Source of the DNA: Paramecium tetraurelia
Taxonomy: Eukaryota
Assembly (NCBI GenBank): GCA_000165425.1
Contig: CT868001.1
Coordinates: 186,001-250,000, forward strand
Direction of reading: 5' to 3'
DNA: 64,000 nt
A model generated the notes under the pieces. The model saw nothing but the letters and a program-made list of their open reading frames with translations. It was not told the DNA's origin and made no database searches. The translations under genes and the position numbers were made by a program. Shown here in pieces: positions 41,272 to 55,281 of this stretch. Numbering within the stretch: position 1 is the first letter of the stretch; each line of letters starts with the position of its first letter.

Positions 41272-42728
41272 TCAAACAGATTGTTGAACTTCGCCTTATT
41301 CAAAATAATTGGTTTCCTCGCTCTTAGTTTCCACCTCTGGTTGAGTTGTAGTCTCGACTGTCTCCTGAGTGGTTACCTCTTCAGTAGCACTCTCTTCTGT
41401 TCCTTGAGTAACAGTCTCCTCCACATCTTCAGTAGTTTCAGCCTCTTCGCCCTCTGACTCACTTCCTGACTCGCTTCCACCAACAAAAACACTTTATGGT
41501 TCTGGAACTTCTTCAACTTCTGGGACTTCAACTGGAGTAGCAACACCACTCACTAAATCATCGACGTATTATTCGAAATTGTTCTCCTTGTCACCATAGA
41601 GGTCAGTTAATGATCTACAATATGTATAACCAATTGATACCTTTTATCAAAATCAACAGTCTTGTCAAATACTCCATCTTCAACATAATCATCGATTCTA
41701 ATTTTGTAGGTCTCTCCAATTTTATTGAAGGCATTTTAATATTCAACAATCAATTAAGCAACTAAGTCCTTTTACTCTAAGAAACGAGCCTATCTGGATT
41801 CATTATGAATGATTTATTCACTCACGTGATTTCTGAATTCTTTAGCTTCTTCAATTTTGGCATTGATTCCACTTTCACATGTGTCCAATTCCTTTTATCT
41901 TTGTTTTACTGTTTCTTCTGGTGAATCTCCCCAAGCCTCCATTAAGTTTGGCAACTTCATTCTCATACCAAGCGATTTCTTATTTGAGCTAATGTAAATA
42001 ATCAGCAATTCTTGATGTTGACAGAATCTACATAAGATTGATTAATTACTTCGTCAGTTTAACTTGTATTGATCTTGGCCTTGATGGATTCTTCAATCTA
42101 ATCAAGCAATTATAGTAATTCCTATCTAACTGGAGTAATTGCTCTTGATTTACTAACTGCTTAGAGAGAGTTCAATAATTCATTATCATCAACTTCTCTG
42201 CTGAGTGTCTCCAACATCACTGAGAAGTTTTAGATTTCAGCGAATGATCCATAATTTTAAATGGCTCTTCTTAAAAAACTCAATCAAATTAAGAATGTAT
42301 TTGCTTGATTTGATGAAATTCAACCAATTCTTGCTTTATTAGCAACGAAGCTCTTCAAGTACTTCAATTCTACGATTGTCTTTTATGATTTCATTTCTGA
42401 AGTATGCGGTGTCATCTCCATGTAATTCAATTTATTATTTGAGCAAGGCCAAGTCGTCAGACATCACCATACAAGTGTTTTAAAGATCGTAAAGTTATTA
42501 CTCCTTTGATGCCACTTAATCTTTTAATTGTTGCTATTCAGCTTCATTCTCTTGGATGACTTGCTCATATTACTATTCTGTTGTAGCAAGAAGTTGTTCC
42601 AATAGATCAACGCCATCGTCTATCACATTTTCTGTTCTGGACTACAACTCCACCAATAGTTAAGGCGATGTTATGCTTGTACTCAAAGCCAAGCTTAGCA
42701 TTAATGCTAATACGACTAGCTATTTCAT
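41272..42728 (-). CDS. Trichocyst matrix / granule lattice-like secretory protein with acidic C-terminal extension
   Basis: Signal peptide MKQLVVLALMLSLALS, heptad coiled-coil repeats with paired Cys (NTC...ELRCQ), SFAEI linker, second repeat starting ELLQLLDQIEE, E/T/V-rich tail. Confidence 0.7.
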
Positions 42729-43050
42729 CTAAAAATTAATTAATGAGTATCCGTTTTAAGCCATGCAAATTATAATTTATTATTCATCATATAAATACAT
42801 TTACAAACTAACTACAAATAACAAGTTGCTCCTCAATAATATATATTAGATCTCTAAATAGATTAAATCAATATTATAATCTAATAATCAATCATTATTG
42901 TCCTCATTCATAAACAATATCTGTTAAATTGATTTATATCATTATAAAATAAATATTAAACGAATAAAATGGCTCTATAGTAAAGGAACAATCAATATAA
43001 TTGATTTTAAATTCCTTTTAAAGAACCATCCTCTTAATTTAATTATAATA

Positions 43051-43894
43051 TCATTCTTGAATGATCTCCTCATTCAAAGACTTGCTTTCCAAATTTTTCA
43101 AGTTAGACTTGGCTAACTGAATTTCTTTATTCACCGTGTCGATTTCATCTCTGTACTGCTTTATCTTCTACTCTTGCTAATAATAACATAGACTATTGTT
43201 TTACCATCAACAAATCATCAACAAGATGGTTAATTCTTTTTGCATGCTCATGAGTTTTATATACTATTTCAATTATGTCAAATATTTTCACTAGTACATG
43301 CTGAAGCTCTTCAGGCTTACTATTTTGTTCGACGATTGCCTTTTTTAAAGTCAGCAAGTATTTGGTTTTCTCCCCTTCAAGTGGGGTTATATGAATAACA
43401 CTCTGATACCCCAAACGATTACGAAAGTCTGAGCCGCCATTCTTCTCAAGGACTTATTTCTACATTCATATAGGTTATTACTTTAAACTCTGACCAATTA
43501 TACATATCAGGATTCTCCTTGTAAAGGATGAGCATGCACCATCTAAAGAGACTGTGTACAGGATTATTGTTGTCCTTAGCTGAGATTTTCAACTTTACTA
43601 ATTTATGAAAAGTATTATCGTACATAAGTCTGTTATCTTCAGAGAATCGGCTACTCCTCTCCTGATGAGGGTTTGCACCTTAATGTTCTACTTTTCATCC
43701 TCAATCTCTTGTTTGATCTGAAATTCAGGATTTTCTAAAGTCAACTGTTTTCTCTTCTTTCGTCCCACCTCGATGCTTTTGTTAAGATCCTCCTTCAAAC
43801 TATTTGTATCTAAATTGTCAAGTGATTAAGAGAAAGCTTAAGAATTGGCTTCTGTTTTAGCTCTTTATTCAGAATACTCAATTGGAACATTCAT
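43051..43894 (-). CDS. Hypothetical coiled-coil protein
   Basis: MNVPIEYSEQ...; open in code 6 with micro-introns; ends EEIIQE*. Confidence 0.65.
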
Positions 43895-44380
43895 TTCTCA
43901 AAAATAATTTTATTAAATTATAAATACAGTTAGCTTTAAAAATTATTCACATTAAGGAATACGCAACATCTTCAGTGATAAAGACTTATAACTAATCAAA
44001 TTTCATATGATCTATGATATATCTACAAGAACGAATTAGTCATATCTCCTTTTTTAATATTTAATCTTAAACCAATTTGATACATAAAAAATATGGAAAG
44101 TAAATTTTCGCAATTAAGAAACCAAATACGAGGGGGGTCGATTTTATGTAAATCTAATTTAATTACCTCAAATTACTTAAATCTATAATCAAATAAAATA
44201 TTTGATATTTAAAAGTAGTCCTGCTAACCATTTTAATTTATAATAGAACATAATTTAATTATGCAAAATTTTAAATTGAATTCTCATAAACATAAATACT
44301 ACATAAACATATGAGATTTCATATTAAAATAATAGTTTTATTTCATAAAATGGTTATGATATTTTTATTATGCAATTATA

Positions 44381-44910
44381 TCATGCCTCCAAGTATTCCT
44401 CATCCCCTTGAGCTTGCGACTATTGATGTTTTGAGAATCTCTTCAGGATGTATGAAATAAAGGCAAGACCCAAAATGATGAAAATGATCCCATTAACCTG
44501 ATTCATAAAGATTTCATACCAACATAAACACCTCCAAAAAGAAGTAGAGCGCAGGAGCCTCAACTGCACAGTCATTTTAAGATGAATATAGTTTGTATCC
44601 ATAGATTAGCAAAAAGGATATGTAAACTGCAAAACAGATATCCAAGAAATTGAAGAACAAGTTAATTGCAGGATTTTTGTACCTATCTAAGTAGATTAAC
44701 GAACCTTGGTATTAAAGTAATCAGAATATAGGTTCCCCAAATAATTAATCCATAGAAAACCAAATGTGTAAACAAGGCTAAATTCTAATTGCATTTCTGA
44801 TCAATAAACTATGTCTCTATGATGCCTGAAGCGCTTAGGAAGATCAGAGTGTAAAAGAAGTGGGCTCCTTCACTTGCTTTCAATTGTTTTTTGGCTTCAA
44901 TTTCCTGCAT
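44381..44910 (-). CDS. Small four-TM membrane protein
   Basis: MQEIEAKKQLKASEGAHFFYTLIFL...; four hydrophobic helices with one Cys in each of two loops; two micro-introns; ends EEYLEA*. Confidence 0.8.
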
Positions 44911-44938
44911 TAATGATTAATGATTAATGATTAATGAT
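44911..44938. repeat. Tandem 7-mer (TAATGAT)x4
   Basis: taatgat taatgat taatgat taatgat directly abuts the start codon of the 4-TM gene. Confidence 0.9.
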
Positions 44939-45042
44939 AAATTAAATTATTATCTAAACCATCGAATGAGGACAGAAGAAGTGGTTTTAAAGAGTGAATT
45001 ATCCAATATAATTATTTATATTTAAGGGGTTGACCTAACAAA

Positions 45043-45609
45043 TCATTTCTTTTCCTTTTCCTCCTTTTTAGTCGTGTTTCTGAAGTCTGCATTGAAAATT
45101 GGGAAGGACTACTTGACTCCATATCCCCAATTCACATTGTCGATGGGTTCTCTCCATCCGATTTCAGCAGAGCTAGCAAATTACAAAATGGTCTCACCTG
45201 ACTATTGGAAATTGGAATTGATCCTTGACGGTGTTGTGAGTGTCCTTCTTGTGTGGACAGAATCCCTTGTCCTTCTTGCATTTCTAACAGTACTCATTCT
45301 CCACGATGCCCAATCTATCCAATGGATGCTAACAGTTACGATTAAATGTTACAGAATACGCCACAGCTGTACTATTGTCTTGTCTTTCCTGCATCCTTCT
45401 TGAACATTCCAACATAGTTATTATTTTGAGTGAAGTATGGTTCTAATTTTTCTAAATCTAATTTGGTTTTAGGTCCCAGAATTTTCTTTTCTTTCTATCA
45501 TATAGGTTTCAATATTTACAGCGTCCTACTGTCTATATGTCTCAGTTTGTTCGGTTGTTTCATATTTGGATCTTGCACCTTTTTGTTACCCTTTCGTTTC
45601 TTTTGGCAT
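45043..45609 (-). CDS. Small hypothetical protein with CxxC...CPH and P.xSS.EIGW motifs
   Basis: MPKETKGQQKG...YCQKCKKDKGFCPH...FPIVSSAEIGWREPIDNVNWGYG; three micro-introns. Confidence 0.75.
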
Positions 45610-45785
45610 TTAAATAAAATAATTAATACTCAACAATATCCCTAAGTAGTGCATAAATTGCAGAAATTCAAGCGAGCAACTCATCAAATCATGAGAAGGG
45701 ACACATTGTCTCAACCAATTTATACTCTATATTTTATATAGGTAATTCTGAGTAATTGAAATAAAAATAATAAATGTAAAAGTAA

Positions 45786-46791
45786 ATGCCTGGGGGTAAT
45801 GGACATCTGAATGACGATCTTAAATTAAACGAAATTGTTTACTTGGGTGCTCACAATTGTGCCATGTCCAAAAGTTATGGGTGGATTTATGCATAATAAA
45901 ATGTCACAATTACTGAGCAATTTGAGAAATACGGTGCTCGACACTTCAAGGTACCTCTACATTGGTACTCAAACAATAATGATCCTGAAGTACATCTATA
46001 CAATATTTTCGAGATAGTAGTTGCTCACGAATCAGATGGGAAATCCAATTGCCAATTGACTCTGATGCAGAGAGCCTTAAAAAAGCCAGAGTCAGCTCAT
46101 TCGCGATTAAAAGAAATTGTGGATCTCTCTTTTCAATACCCTGATGAAATTATCATTTTAAAGATAGAAAGCAAACTATTGTGTAATAGTCAAAAAAATG
46201 GAACTGAGCATTTTGATCCTTCGTTATCTAGCATTATCTTGCACAGTTTACTGGTTGATCTCAAAGCAGATCAAAGGGCTATCATACTTAAAAATGACAC
46301 TGAGATTCCAACTTTAGGTTGGTGTCGAAAAAATAAACAGACTTTATTAATTACTATAGAGCCAAAGGAGTAAAGAGTAGGAGACCTATCCAAATATACA
46401 TACTATTCATATTCCATAAGTGCTTAGGTGGATTGGGAGGCAGATCCTTTGAAGGATGTGTAAAGTGGAGATGTGGCAAGGGGGAAAGTCAATAAATAAA
46501 CTGGTGAAATATTGTCACCTTTTCTAGAAATTCATTTTTGTCCTTAAAATTCATTAAAGTATAGTAATACCTAAATAGAACAGACTCGATTCTTCATATA
46601 GGGATAAGTACAACTCGTATAATCATGTGAGATAGAGATTCTTGTAATACTTTTTTAATTGCATAAAAATGCCAAATTTTTTGGTTGCTGATTTTATAGA
46701 TTAGGGGAAATTATCAAATATTGTTGATGATGTGAATTTAATTGTGAATTCTAATGGTATATTCTTGCCTGAATTGTTTGAAGTATTGTGA
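45786..46791 (+). CDS. PI-PLC X-domain (PLC-like phosphodiesterase TIM-barrel) protein
   Basis: LNEIVYLGAHN, YAQQNVTITEQFEKYGARHF, IVVAHE, LKEIVDLSFQYPDEIIILKIE, PTLGWCR, PNFLVADFIDQG. Confidence 0.85.
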
Positions 46792-47015
46792 TTATAATAT
46801 TTTATTAATTAATAACATTATTATCTGAGAATTATGAGAAAGTAAAGTAAAGGAACAGATTGTTAATTTTGTCTATAATTATTATTATTATTATTTTTCA
46901 AATTAGTTTATTCTTTTTTATAGATTATTATAGAGAAAGGAAAAGCACTTCGAATATATAATAGATTAATATAAAAACTTAACAAACTTTATTAAAAGTT
47001 AGAGCTCATATCATA

Positions 47016-50000
47016 TCATATCAGCTAATTTCCGTTTTTGGCATCATCCTTTGATTTTTCTTAAGAGTGTTAAGCGACCCCTTTGGATTAAAATAATTCA
47101 TATTAAGAATCAAATTCTTGATGGATTTGATTAATTTTGTTGTTGTATTCACTTGCAGGTTCATCTTCACTAAAAATGTAGATTGAAAACATTACTAAAT
47201 AGCGAAAACTAGAGGCTTAGATTTATCCTATCTCCAATTGATTATGCTTCGATTCACGATTTTACTCAACTATTACCACATTATTCTGGCCTTTTGATTC
47301 AGTTTGGTACGGTTTTAAAGAAGAGGTCCAATATGGGGATTTTATTGGAGATGAGGATACTTCTCTTTGATTTTGTCTCTAACTTAATCTAAAGATTGTG
47401 CAAATTCTTAGAACTTCTCCTCAAAAAGATTGTAAAAGAGCAGCAATAAGAAGATTGCATTCAATATGGCAATTACTACATACCCAGCATAGGTTAAGCC
47501 AAAGAAATTGATTTGTATGGTTCTATAAAGGAAGACGCCTACAACTAGGGAGAGAGACAAAACTACTGTAGAGAGTTGATCCAAGTAGTTTAGTTTCCTT
47601 AGATCGTAAGGATTGAAATGAATTGTCAATCCATAATAGCCATAAATTACAATGAATGAGAGGATTCCCTAAAAGAATATAAATAATGACAAGTACTTTA
47701 ACTATGATTTCCTCTTGGAAATAGCAGATCAAGACACTAATAAGAGAGCGGTAGAATATCTTCAAGAACTCCCAGTAGTATCGTTTTCTGCTGTATTCGT
47801 AATAAAAGAATCCCCAGGATTAACGGAAGATAATGGAATTCAACTTCATCTATTATGCCCCTTAATAGCAAATGTACCAGAAGATAACTGGTAAGACGAT
47901 TAACCATAAGATCAATCCAGGAACTCCAAAGGCTGCAATCCATTGATCATGTTTGAAAGTGTCATATCGATATGAAACATTTGCCATAATATACATGTTC
48001 CCAGATATTACACGACTGGAAATCAGAGTCATAAATTCCATGACGTAATTGGGTTGTAAGAGTAGGAACAAGTAAATGGCCATAGTTTATACCTGTTGAA
48101 TCTTGAATTCCACCCCATACCTTATAAACATGATAATCAGCATGGCTACTATGTAAAATCCTTACATAATGAACGACCAAATGATACGAAAGTAGATTAA
48201 GTCAATACCCCAAGTGTCATCGGCTAAGAAGCAATCTAAGGCATTTCCTACTGTTTTTGCTGGCATACTGACGGTATTGACTGAATCCACTGCTCCCGTT
48301 GGTATCTCAATCTGAAAACCACTTAGAATAGACAAGATTTAAGTATGATTATTGAAGATCTTTAAGAGGACAGCGGCATTTGCTCCTGCATTTTGTGATG
48401 AAGCCCATCCCAACTTAGTGAAAATTTCGTAAAGAATGATGCTTCTCATTTTCTCTTTGTTTGCATCCACTGTAGTAACTGTAGAATATAAGGTGAAGAT
48501 TGATAAGAACAGAATCATAATGATGTTTCGAGTGTTGTCTTGACAAGTACCACATTCATATTTGGCAGAGTTACTGTATTTGGAACCCCAAAATGTGCCA
48601 TGAATATCGCATTCCTCACATAAGGCTCCTATGGTTCCTTCTACGCACACATCATTTCCAACGTTGAATCCTCCGATACAATTGATTACTTTATTTTTGC
48701 AATTCTCAGCTTGATCATTCAGATGATCGGGTCTCCAATAATGATATTTTAAACTAATCTTATTTCTGACTGTGTAGTTCATCGATCCCTCATCTATTTA
48801 TTTGCAAATTCCCTTGTACACCAACACATATTAACCAATGGGACAGGGATTGCATGAACCCTATTGAGGATTGTAAGCTTCCCCACGATCACATTCAACA
48901 GATCTCACTCTGGCTAACAGTGTGTATCCCGTGTCGAATCCCATCAATTGATATGGATATTCAGTATAATAACGAGGGATATTGACTAAAGAGCTGTTCA
49001 AAATAATGTCCAATGTAACATTCTGATAAGGGTCGAATAAAATTTGGAGGTTCGAGTAAACGAATCCTTGCTGATTCAAATTGAAGATTCTCAGAGACTC
49101 CCCTTAAATGGAGGTAGTAATATTAGACTGCATAATTGCTTAGGCATCAAATTGATACTTCATAATTTCTTCATTCTGATTCAGGAATACCAATAACACA
49201 GTCTGATTCTCAAAGTCTTACATCAACTAACCACTCTTGATGACAAGTGGGTAATGCAACCATCCAGTGTTTTTATTGAGATTGCTTGAGTTCTGCAATT
49301 ATCCATTTATAAGTATTCCTAGATGAGTAGGATATTCAGCCACGTCATCTCCATACAGAGTAGCATAATTCTACAACATAGTATTTCCAGTCTTGTTCCA
49401 CAAATTAATACCACTCTCTTTCACTCTAATAGCTCCACCAATACTTGCATTATTCTTGAAGAACACACTCTTAGCCAAATTCAACCTCTGATAGACAACT
49501 CCATCCCTCTTGGGCTAAGCCTCATAATAAACACACCCTCCCTATCCACTTACTATGGCTTGGGTGCAATATGTATTGGTGATATTGGCTGTCAATCCAT
49601 AAATTGAGAGACCACCCCCATGAACGGCCTAAACATCTTGGATATTCATCGAATCTACCACCACATGAGCCAGATAAGTTGGAGATGGAATTGCATAATT
49701 GAAATCTGAAGGCAAGATCTCATCAGATAGCAATCTTCTTCTTCTTCTACTTCTCAACCCTGTCTTCTTTAAAATGTTATTTAAAGTAAGTGCCGATGTA
49801 AAATTGATATTTATTCTGTTGTCTTCAGTCGTTAAGATTGTCTAATATTAGGCTGATGATGCCATGTAACACCCATAATATCCAGCCGAGGACTTGGAAC
49901 ATCGACACATACTCATTTGGACTAAGGATCTAAGATCACTATTAGACACTCTCATGACCTAGACCAATCCTCCATAACATTCTTTACATTCTACTCGATT

Positions 50001-53000
50001 TATAAACAAATTCCTCAATAACAATGGAGTATTTTTTGTGATCTGATCTATCAACATCATTGCTGGATTAATCACATACTCTGGGAAGTCAACCCTAGAT
50101 TGCAGTATCTTGCAATAGGCATTCTACTCATTTGTGAGTTTACTATTACTACAACTCACACTGACATTCATTGATGAAATGTTACGAAACTGAATCGAAT
50201 CTACGACTACAGGATTTACCAAAGGTTCTAAGATTTCTATATATGGTCTGTATGATAATATGCCATGTTATGACTCTATCGTATTTATTCTCACTAAATT
50301 AGGATTGACTAGTGATATCAAACCATAAAAATAGAGTCCCTCACTATACAGGTTTTGAAGATCGAATTAACCATTATCCTACTCGAATGCAGCTAATCGC
50401 TTAATAAATAGAAACTCCTCTATGATCTGAAAGTTGCTCAAATTGCTAAAGAAATCAAGAGCATTTGTATAATTACCAGATATTTTTATATCTTACAATC
50501 TGCTCTTCTAAACCTATTAGGTTCTATCATCAAATTTGACTTTTACTGATGTTCCACTCAGTCCGTAACAATTCGATATTATTGAGTCTTTGAGGGTGAA
50601 TAATTGTTATCTATCTGAAGCAATCATATAGATTCCCCCTCCATCTGCCCTTGCAATACAGTTGCTCAAGTCCATATTCTCTAGTAATAAATTCAATGAG
50701 GACGATGTGGAATCAATATAGATGCACCCACCTCTAGAAACTACTGCTCCGTTGATAGGAGTGAAGGCATTCTTAATGATCGTGTTATTGATATAGCCTT
50801 GCCCTTCCTTTAATGTTTTCAAATAGACAGCTCCTCCCACTTTGGCAGTAGAATTAGTAAATTAGGAATTTAACAATTTGACGTTGTATCCAGCCATGTA
50901 GACATGTCCACCCTCGGCCACTTGATTTATATCGTATGTAAACGGATCTTGATTTTACAATAAAGTTGGATCATAATTACTATTGATCATTGTGATATTG
51001 TTGATAATTTGAATTCCACACTCCAAATACAGGACTGCTCCGAATCCACTCACGTAATTGTTTTTCCAAAAGGAGTTCTATAAATTCAAAGTTCCTACAA
51101 CACTCCTGATTAAAAATGTAGGATTGCTGGGTCTTAAAGTGCCTTTCAAATAGGATGCAGAAAAATGTCTATTCTTTTCGAAGTAAAGGCCTGATATCGA
51201 TACTGTTTATTCTTAGGTCGAATCAATCAAGATTGCACCAGATGGGACAGCCAAGACTGTTGTTGTTATCGTACATTATTACACCATCACATTTTGAATG
51301 GTGATCTGTTCGTGAAATGCTTCGCCACTCGTGTTATAAACAAGATTGCTCCAAGAAGATATCCCTATGAAGGAGTTGTCGATACCATTCAAATTTAAGA
51401 GGTCAATATTGAGTAGTTTAACTATCCTGTAAAAGTTATTAATGAAAACGCAGTAGTTATTACGTATGTTAATGCCTTCATTCTAAGAGCATATCAAATT
51501 GATAAATGTAATTTCCTGGATTTAATCTGTGTAAAATATAGTTAGATTAGGATTCTAAATACTTTGGAAGTTTTCAACTTGCAATGTGTATGACTTCTAG
51601 ATTTGAATGGCAGCACTGGTTGCAGCCTCCAAAATTGTCTCATTGAACCCATAGGTCTTGATCTATTAAATGATAATGTTCTTCATGCTAATATTCAAAG
51701 GCAATTCATAATCATTTTTAATTGATGTTAATAACATTATACAAGCAGGATAGAGACAATTGATTTCAATGAATTCCATATCCTAAAATTTAAGTTTAAT
51801 ACCAGAATATTCAGGATCGGTGGGTCTGATTGTCATAATATCAAACTAAGTCTCAAATACTTTGCCAAAGTATGTAAACGTAGTATTGTAAACATAAACA
51901 CCACTGATATCAATAGTGGTGATGTAGAAAAGGGATGTATAATTAACTCTGCTGTTGGTCATCTCAAAGCCAGATATAGATACTTTTTACATGGTTTGAA
52001 AGTTCATAATACCTCTTGAATTATTGTATTCGATATTATTCAGATTTAAGTTTTCAACTAAGATCATTCCTGTTGGGGTTTTTGTGACCTATGTACTCAA
52101 GAAAGCACCATCATTTATGAAATAAGCATCATTAAAGATTACTTTTTTGAGGAAGATCTTACTGTTCCATTCTGATTGAGTTATCAGAGTAATATCTTAT
52201 AATTCAAAGACAGCTTGGCTTTCAACAGAGAAATCTTAGAATCTTACATTCTCCAAATTAATAGTAAAGTAAGGCAATTTAGCATCTTCATTGTATGTGA
52301 GACCAAAAGGTTTAACTTAGAAAGCTGCTTCACTTCCCAGTAGATAATTTTGCGAAGTTATCAACACATTATTTAATTAGATATCATAGGTATTAAGTAG
52401 GACTGTGTAAAAAGGTTTATATTTTTTAAGATTTTGAGACATCTCACTATAAGGAGTGGTATACAATAATGATTGATAATGATCTTATGCTTGTCCATTG
52501 CCAATTTTGACATTCTCCAAGATCAACTTAGAGCCATCATTTTTGGTTAATTCAAACCCAAATGGTTTTTCAAACTTCTATACATTAGAGAACATATTTA
52601 TAGGGTCTAAATCAGTAGCAGGTAAAATCTCAATCTGAGTCAACTTTACTGTTGTAAAATACTCAAAATAAATAGTGTTTTGCACATACCATTGCATTTT
52701 CTCTGCTTCAGTTGCACCTACAACTGATATTTCAAGCTCAACTTCTGATAAAGAAAATACATTTCTCCTAAAATTGGTTGTGAAATATGTGTTTTTTTAG
52801 AAATAACATTTATTATTTTTGGAATCAGTATCATAATGAAATTTTAATTTAATGGTTAATTTACTAACAACTTTTTCATTGTAGTCCAAATATAATTGAT
52901 TTCTTAGGGCGATATCTAATTTATCTTCTAGATTGATTATAGTGGTTTTCTTTGTGATATCTCCAAATTAAGAATTGACCTTCCATTTATTAGCAACATC

Positions 53001-55281
53001 ATCTTCATATTGAGTACAATCAGCTTCTATTTCAATTATATCAGAACGCACACATTCCTCCAAACCATCTTTTTTTTCAACGCATCTACCCAAGTGAGTA
53101 TCCAAGTAATATGAAGAACTAGAATCACAAATAAACGCCAATCGTGAATATTCTTCATATTACTGGTTTATGGGATTAAAGAATTTATTAACCAAATTAA
53201 TTTCTTCAGCTGTTCTGATTCTGCACCCAATAGTAAATTAAGGACATTCGATACAATCAGCGTCATCAAGTGAAGCTGATCTTGTTATTGAACTCGTCAA
53301 CTTAGCATAGTCACATTTATCACAATAGCCTTGACTTCCTTTGGCAGAAAAACTAAAGCAAGCCTCTCCTCCCTTCTCACAATATCTGAGATCTTCATTC
53401 AAAAAGGGCCCTTTCTCATTGTCCCCTGCAGTACAAGTATAACAATATGGACCATAGACATCTCTATCACCATCATCTGCATATAAATAGTATTCAGTTC
53501 TGTGAATACTCAGAAGTGAGTATCTGTAGCATTCTTTACAGAACCCGTTAGCCGAACAAGGAAGACATTTGCCACTTACATTATCAACATAGAAGCCATC
53601 TAAACAATATAGACATCTGTATTTATCATCAATATACAAACAAGATTAACAGAGATAATCTTACAAGTTTTCTTAGCATGTTCTCTCGCATTCCCATAAT
53701 CCTGTAACTTCTGAAAGGAATAGAGTATATGTAACATCACACTTTTTGCATTATTATTTATTATTCGAATCATTTTGATATGTCAAGCATCCAGCAGGAA
53801 AAGGAATTGCCGGAATTATATCAGTTCCATCAATTTGTGGAGTGCAAGTTTTGCCATCATTCGATAGGATTAGGTTATCTTAACATAATAAACATAACTA
53901 AATTGCAAATTCTTCCTTTTCTAATGGTACAAAGTCTGGATTTAAAGTCGAAAATGATTTATCTGCTCCAGCATCAGGATTACCAGCCATATGACAAAGT
54001 TTACAATTTGAAATTGTACAAGCAGCACATCCAGTTCCTGTTGCTTAGAATGTATAAAAGTAATTATCACATTCTCTACATCTCAATACATACTGACTTA
54101 ATGTTGTGTCTGTAATAGTAATCACAGTGTTCTTATTTCTCGTGGGACTATAATATAATTAAATTAAACTTACTATTTATTTGTTGTTAAGGTATACGAA
54201 ACGTATTCACAATTATTACAATTAGTACCGCATCTAACACATGTTAATTTATCCAATGAAGGTATATAAGTGTTTTGTGATGTGCTTACACATTCAGAAC
54301 ATCTCTAATATATCCCAAGAGTTCTTAATTTGTCATACGCAGCACTGGTTGGTTGAGTGTTAGCTGCTATGAATAGTTCATTATAGTTGTTGTATGTATC
54401 CCATGGTTCAGTGTTCAAATTGACTTCATCATTACCAAAGAAGCATTCACTGCATCCAGTAAAGCATGGGATGCATTGACTATAAGTTTAAGCACTATTT
54501 AGACTAAGCCTTGTGGTCATCAAACTAAATCCTTTATTGCATATTAAACAATCTTTTTTTGTATTTACTGTGACTTTTCCATCGCTATCTGTTGTTCTTA
54601 TGTTGTTGATTTCGCAGGACTGGCAGTTTTCAGGACAAGAATCACATCCGCTGGTGATTTCGTTGTAGGCGAACCCTTAATTTTAATTTTTGAAATACCT
54701 TCTGCACATGCAATAAAAAGATTGTTTACATCATACTAATATTATAAAGAAACAGGGAAACATGATGAGCTCTTGGAGGTACAAAAATTTGCACAACCCT
54801 CACACATCGTAGTCGTGAACTTCATATGAAATTAATCAATACTTCTTTAGTACCAGATTCAATTACATAAAACAACTGTTTTGCACTTCTATCCACCTTG
54901 TGAAATACAGAAGTGTCCAACATCGTTCGTGCCTTATAATCGTAAGTGCATAATCGAGACTAATCCCAAGTCTAACTGTTATCTAGACAATCTCCACAAT
55001 ACAAATTGCTTTTATCATGGAACCCTTTGTATGGACTATTCGATACATCAAAACTGCAATTACCATTATACGCATATTTTTGTGCCCTTTTTCAAGCCCA
55101 TTTCCAAATTATCCTGTGGTAATTTGAACAAAAATGTCTGGGTCTCACACAATTTGCAATTTCCGTTTTCATATTAAAGACACTTCTCAAAAATGTCATT
55201 TTTTTCTAAGGGAGTCTCTTCTATTGCTTATTTTGTCAACTAAGTTAAGTAGCTAAGAATAACAAAGTTTAAATAAATCAT
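47016..55281 (-). CDS. Giant surface membrane protein: furin-like Cys repeats, pectin-lyase-like beta-helix (GGA[I/V] repeats), multi-pass TM C-terminus
   Basis: Hydrophobic N-terminus, CxxC repeats at ~53000-55200, VGGAVYL/RGGCIYI/DGGGIYM/IGGAI motifs, CIGG...CVEGTIGALCEECD, several TM helices, FYEYSRKRYYWEFLKI. Confidence 0.85.

Noticed and set aside
47006..47023. (TCATA)n repeat giving stacked TGA codons at the end of the giant gene
   Set aside because: Short low-complexity repeat, plausible by chance or slippage.
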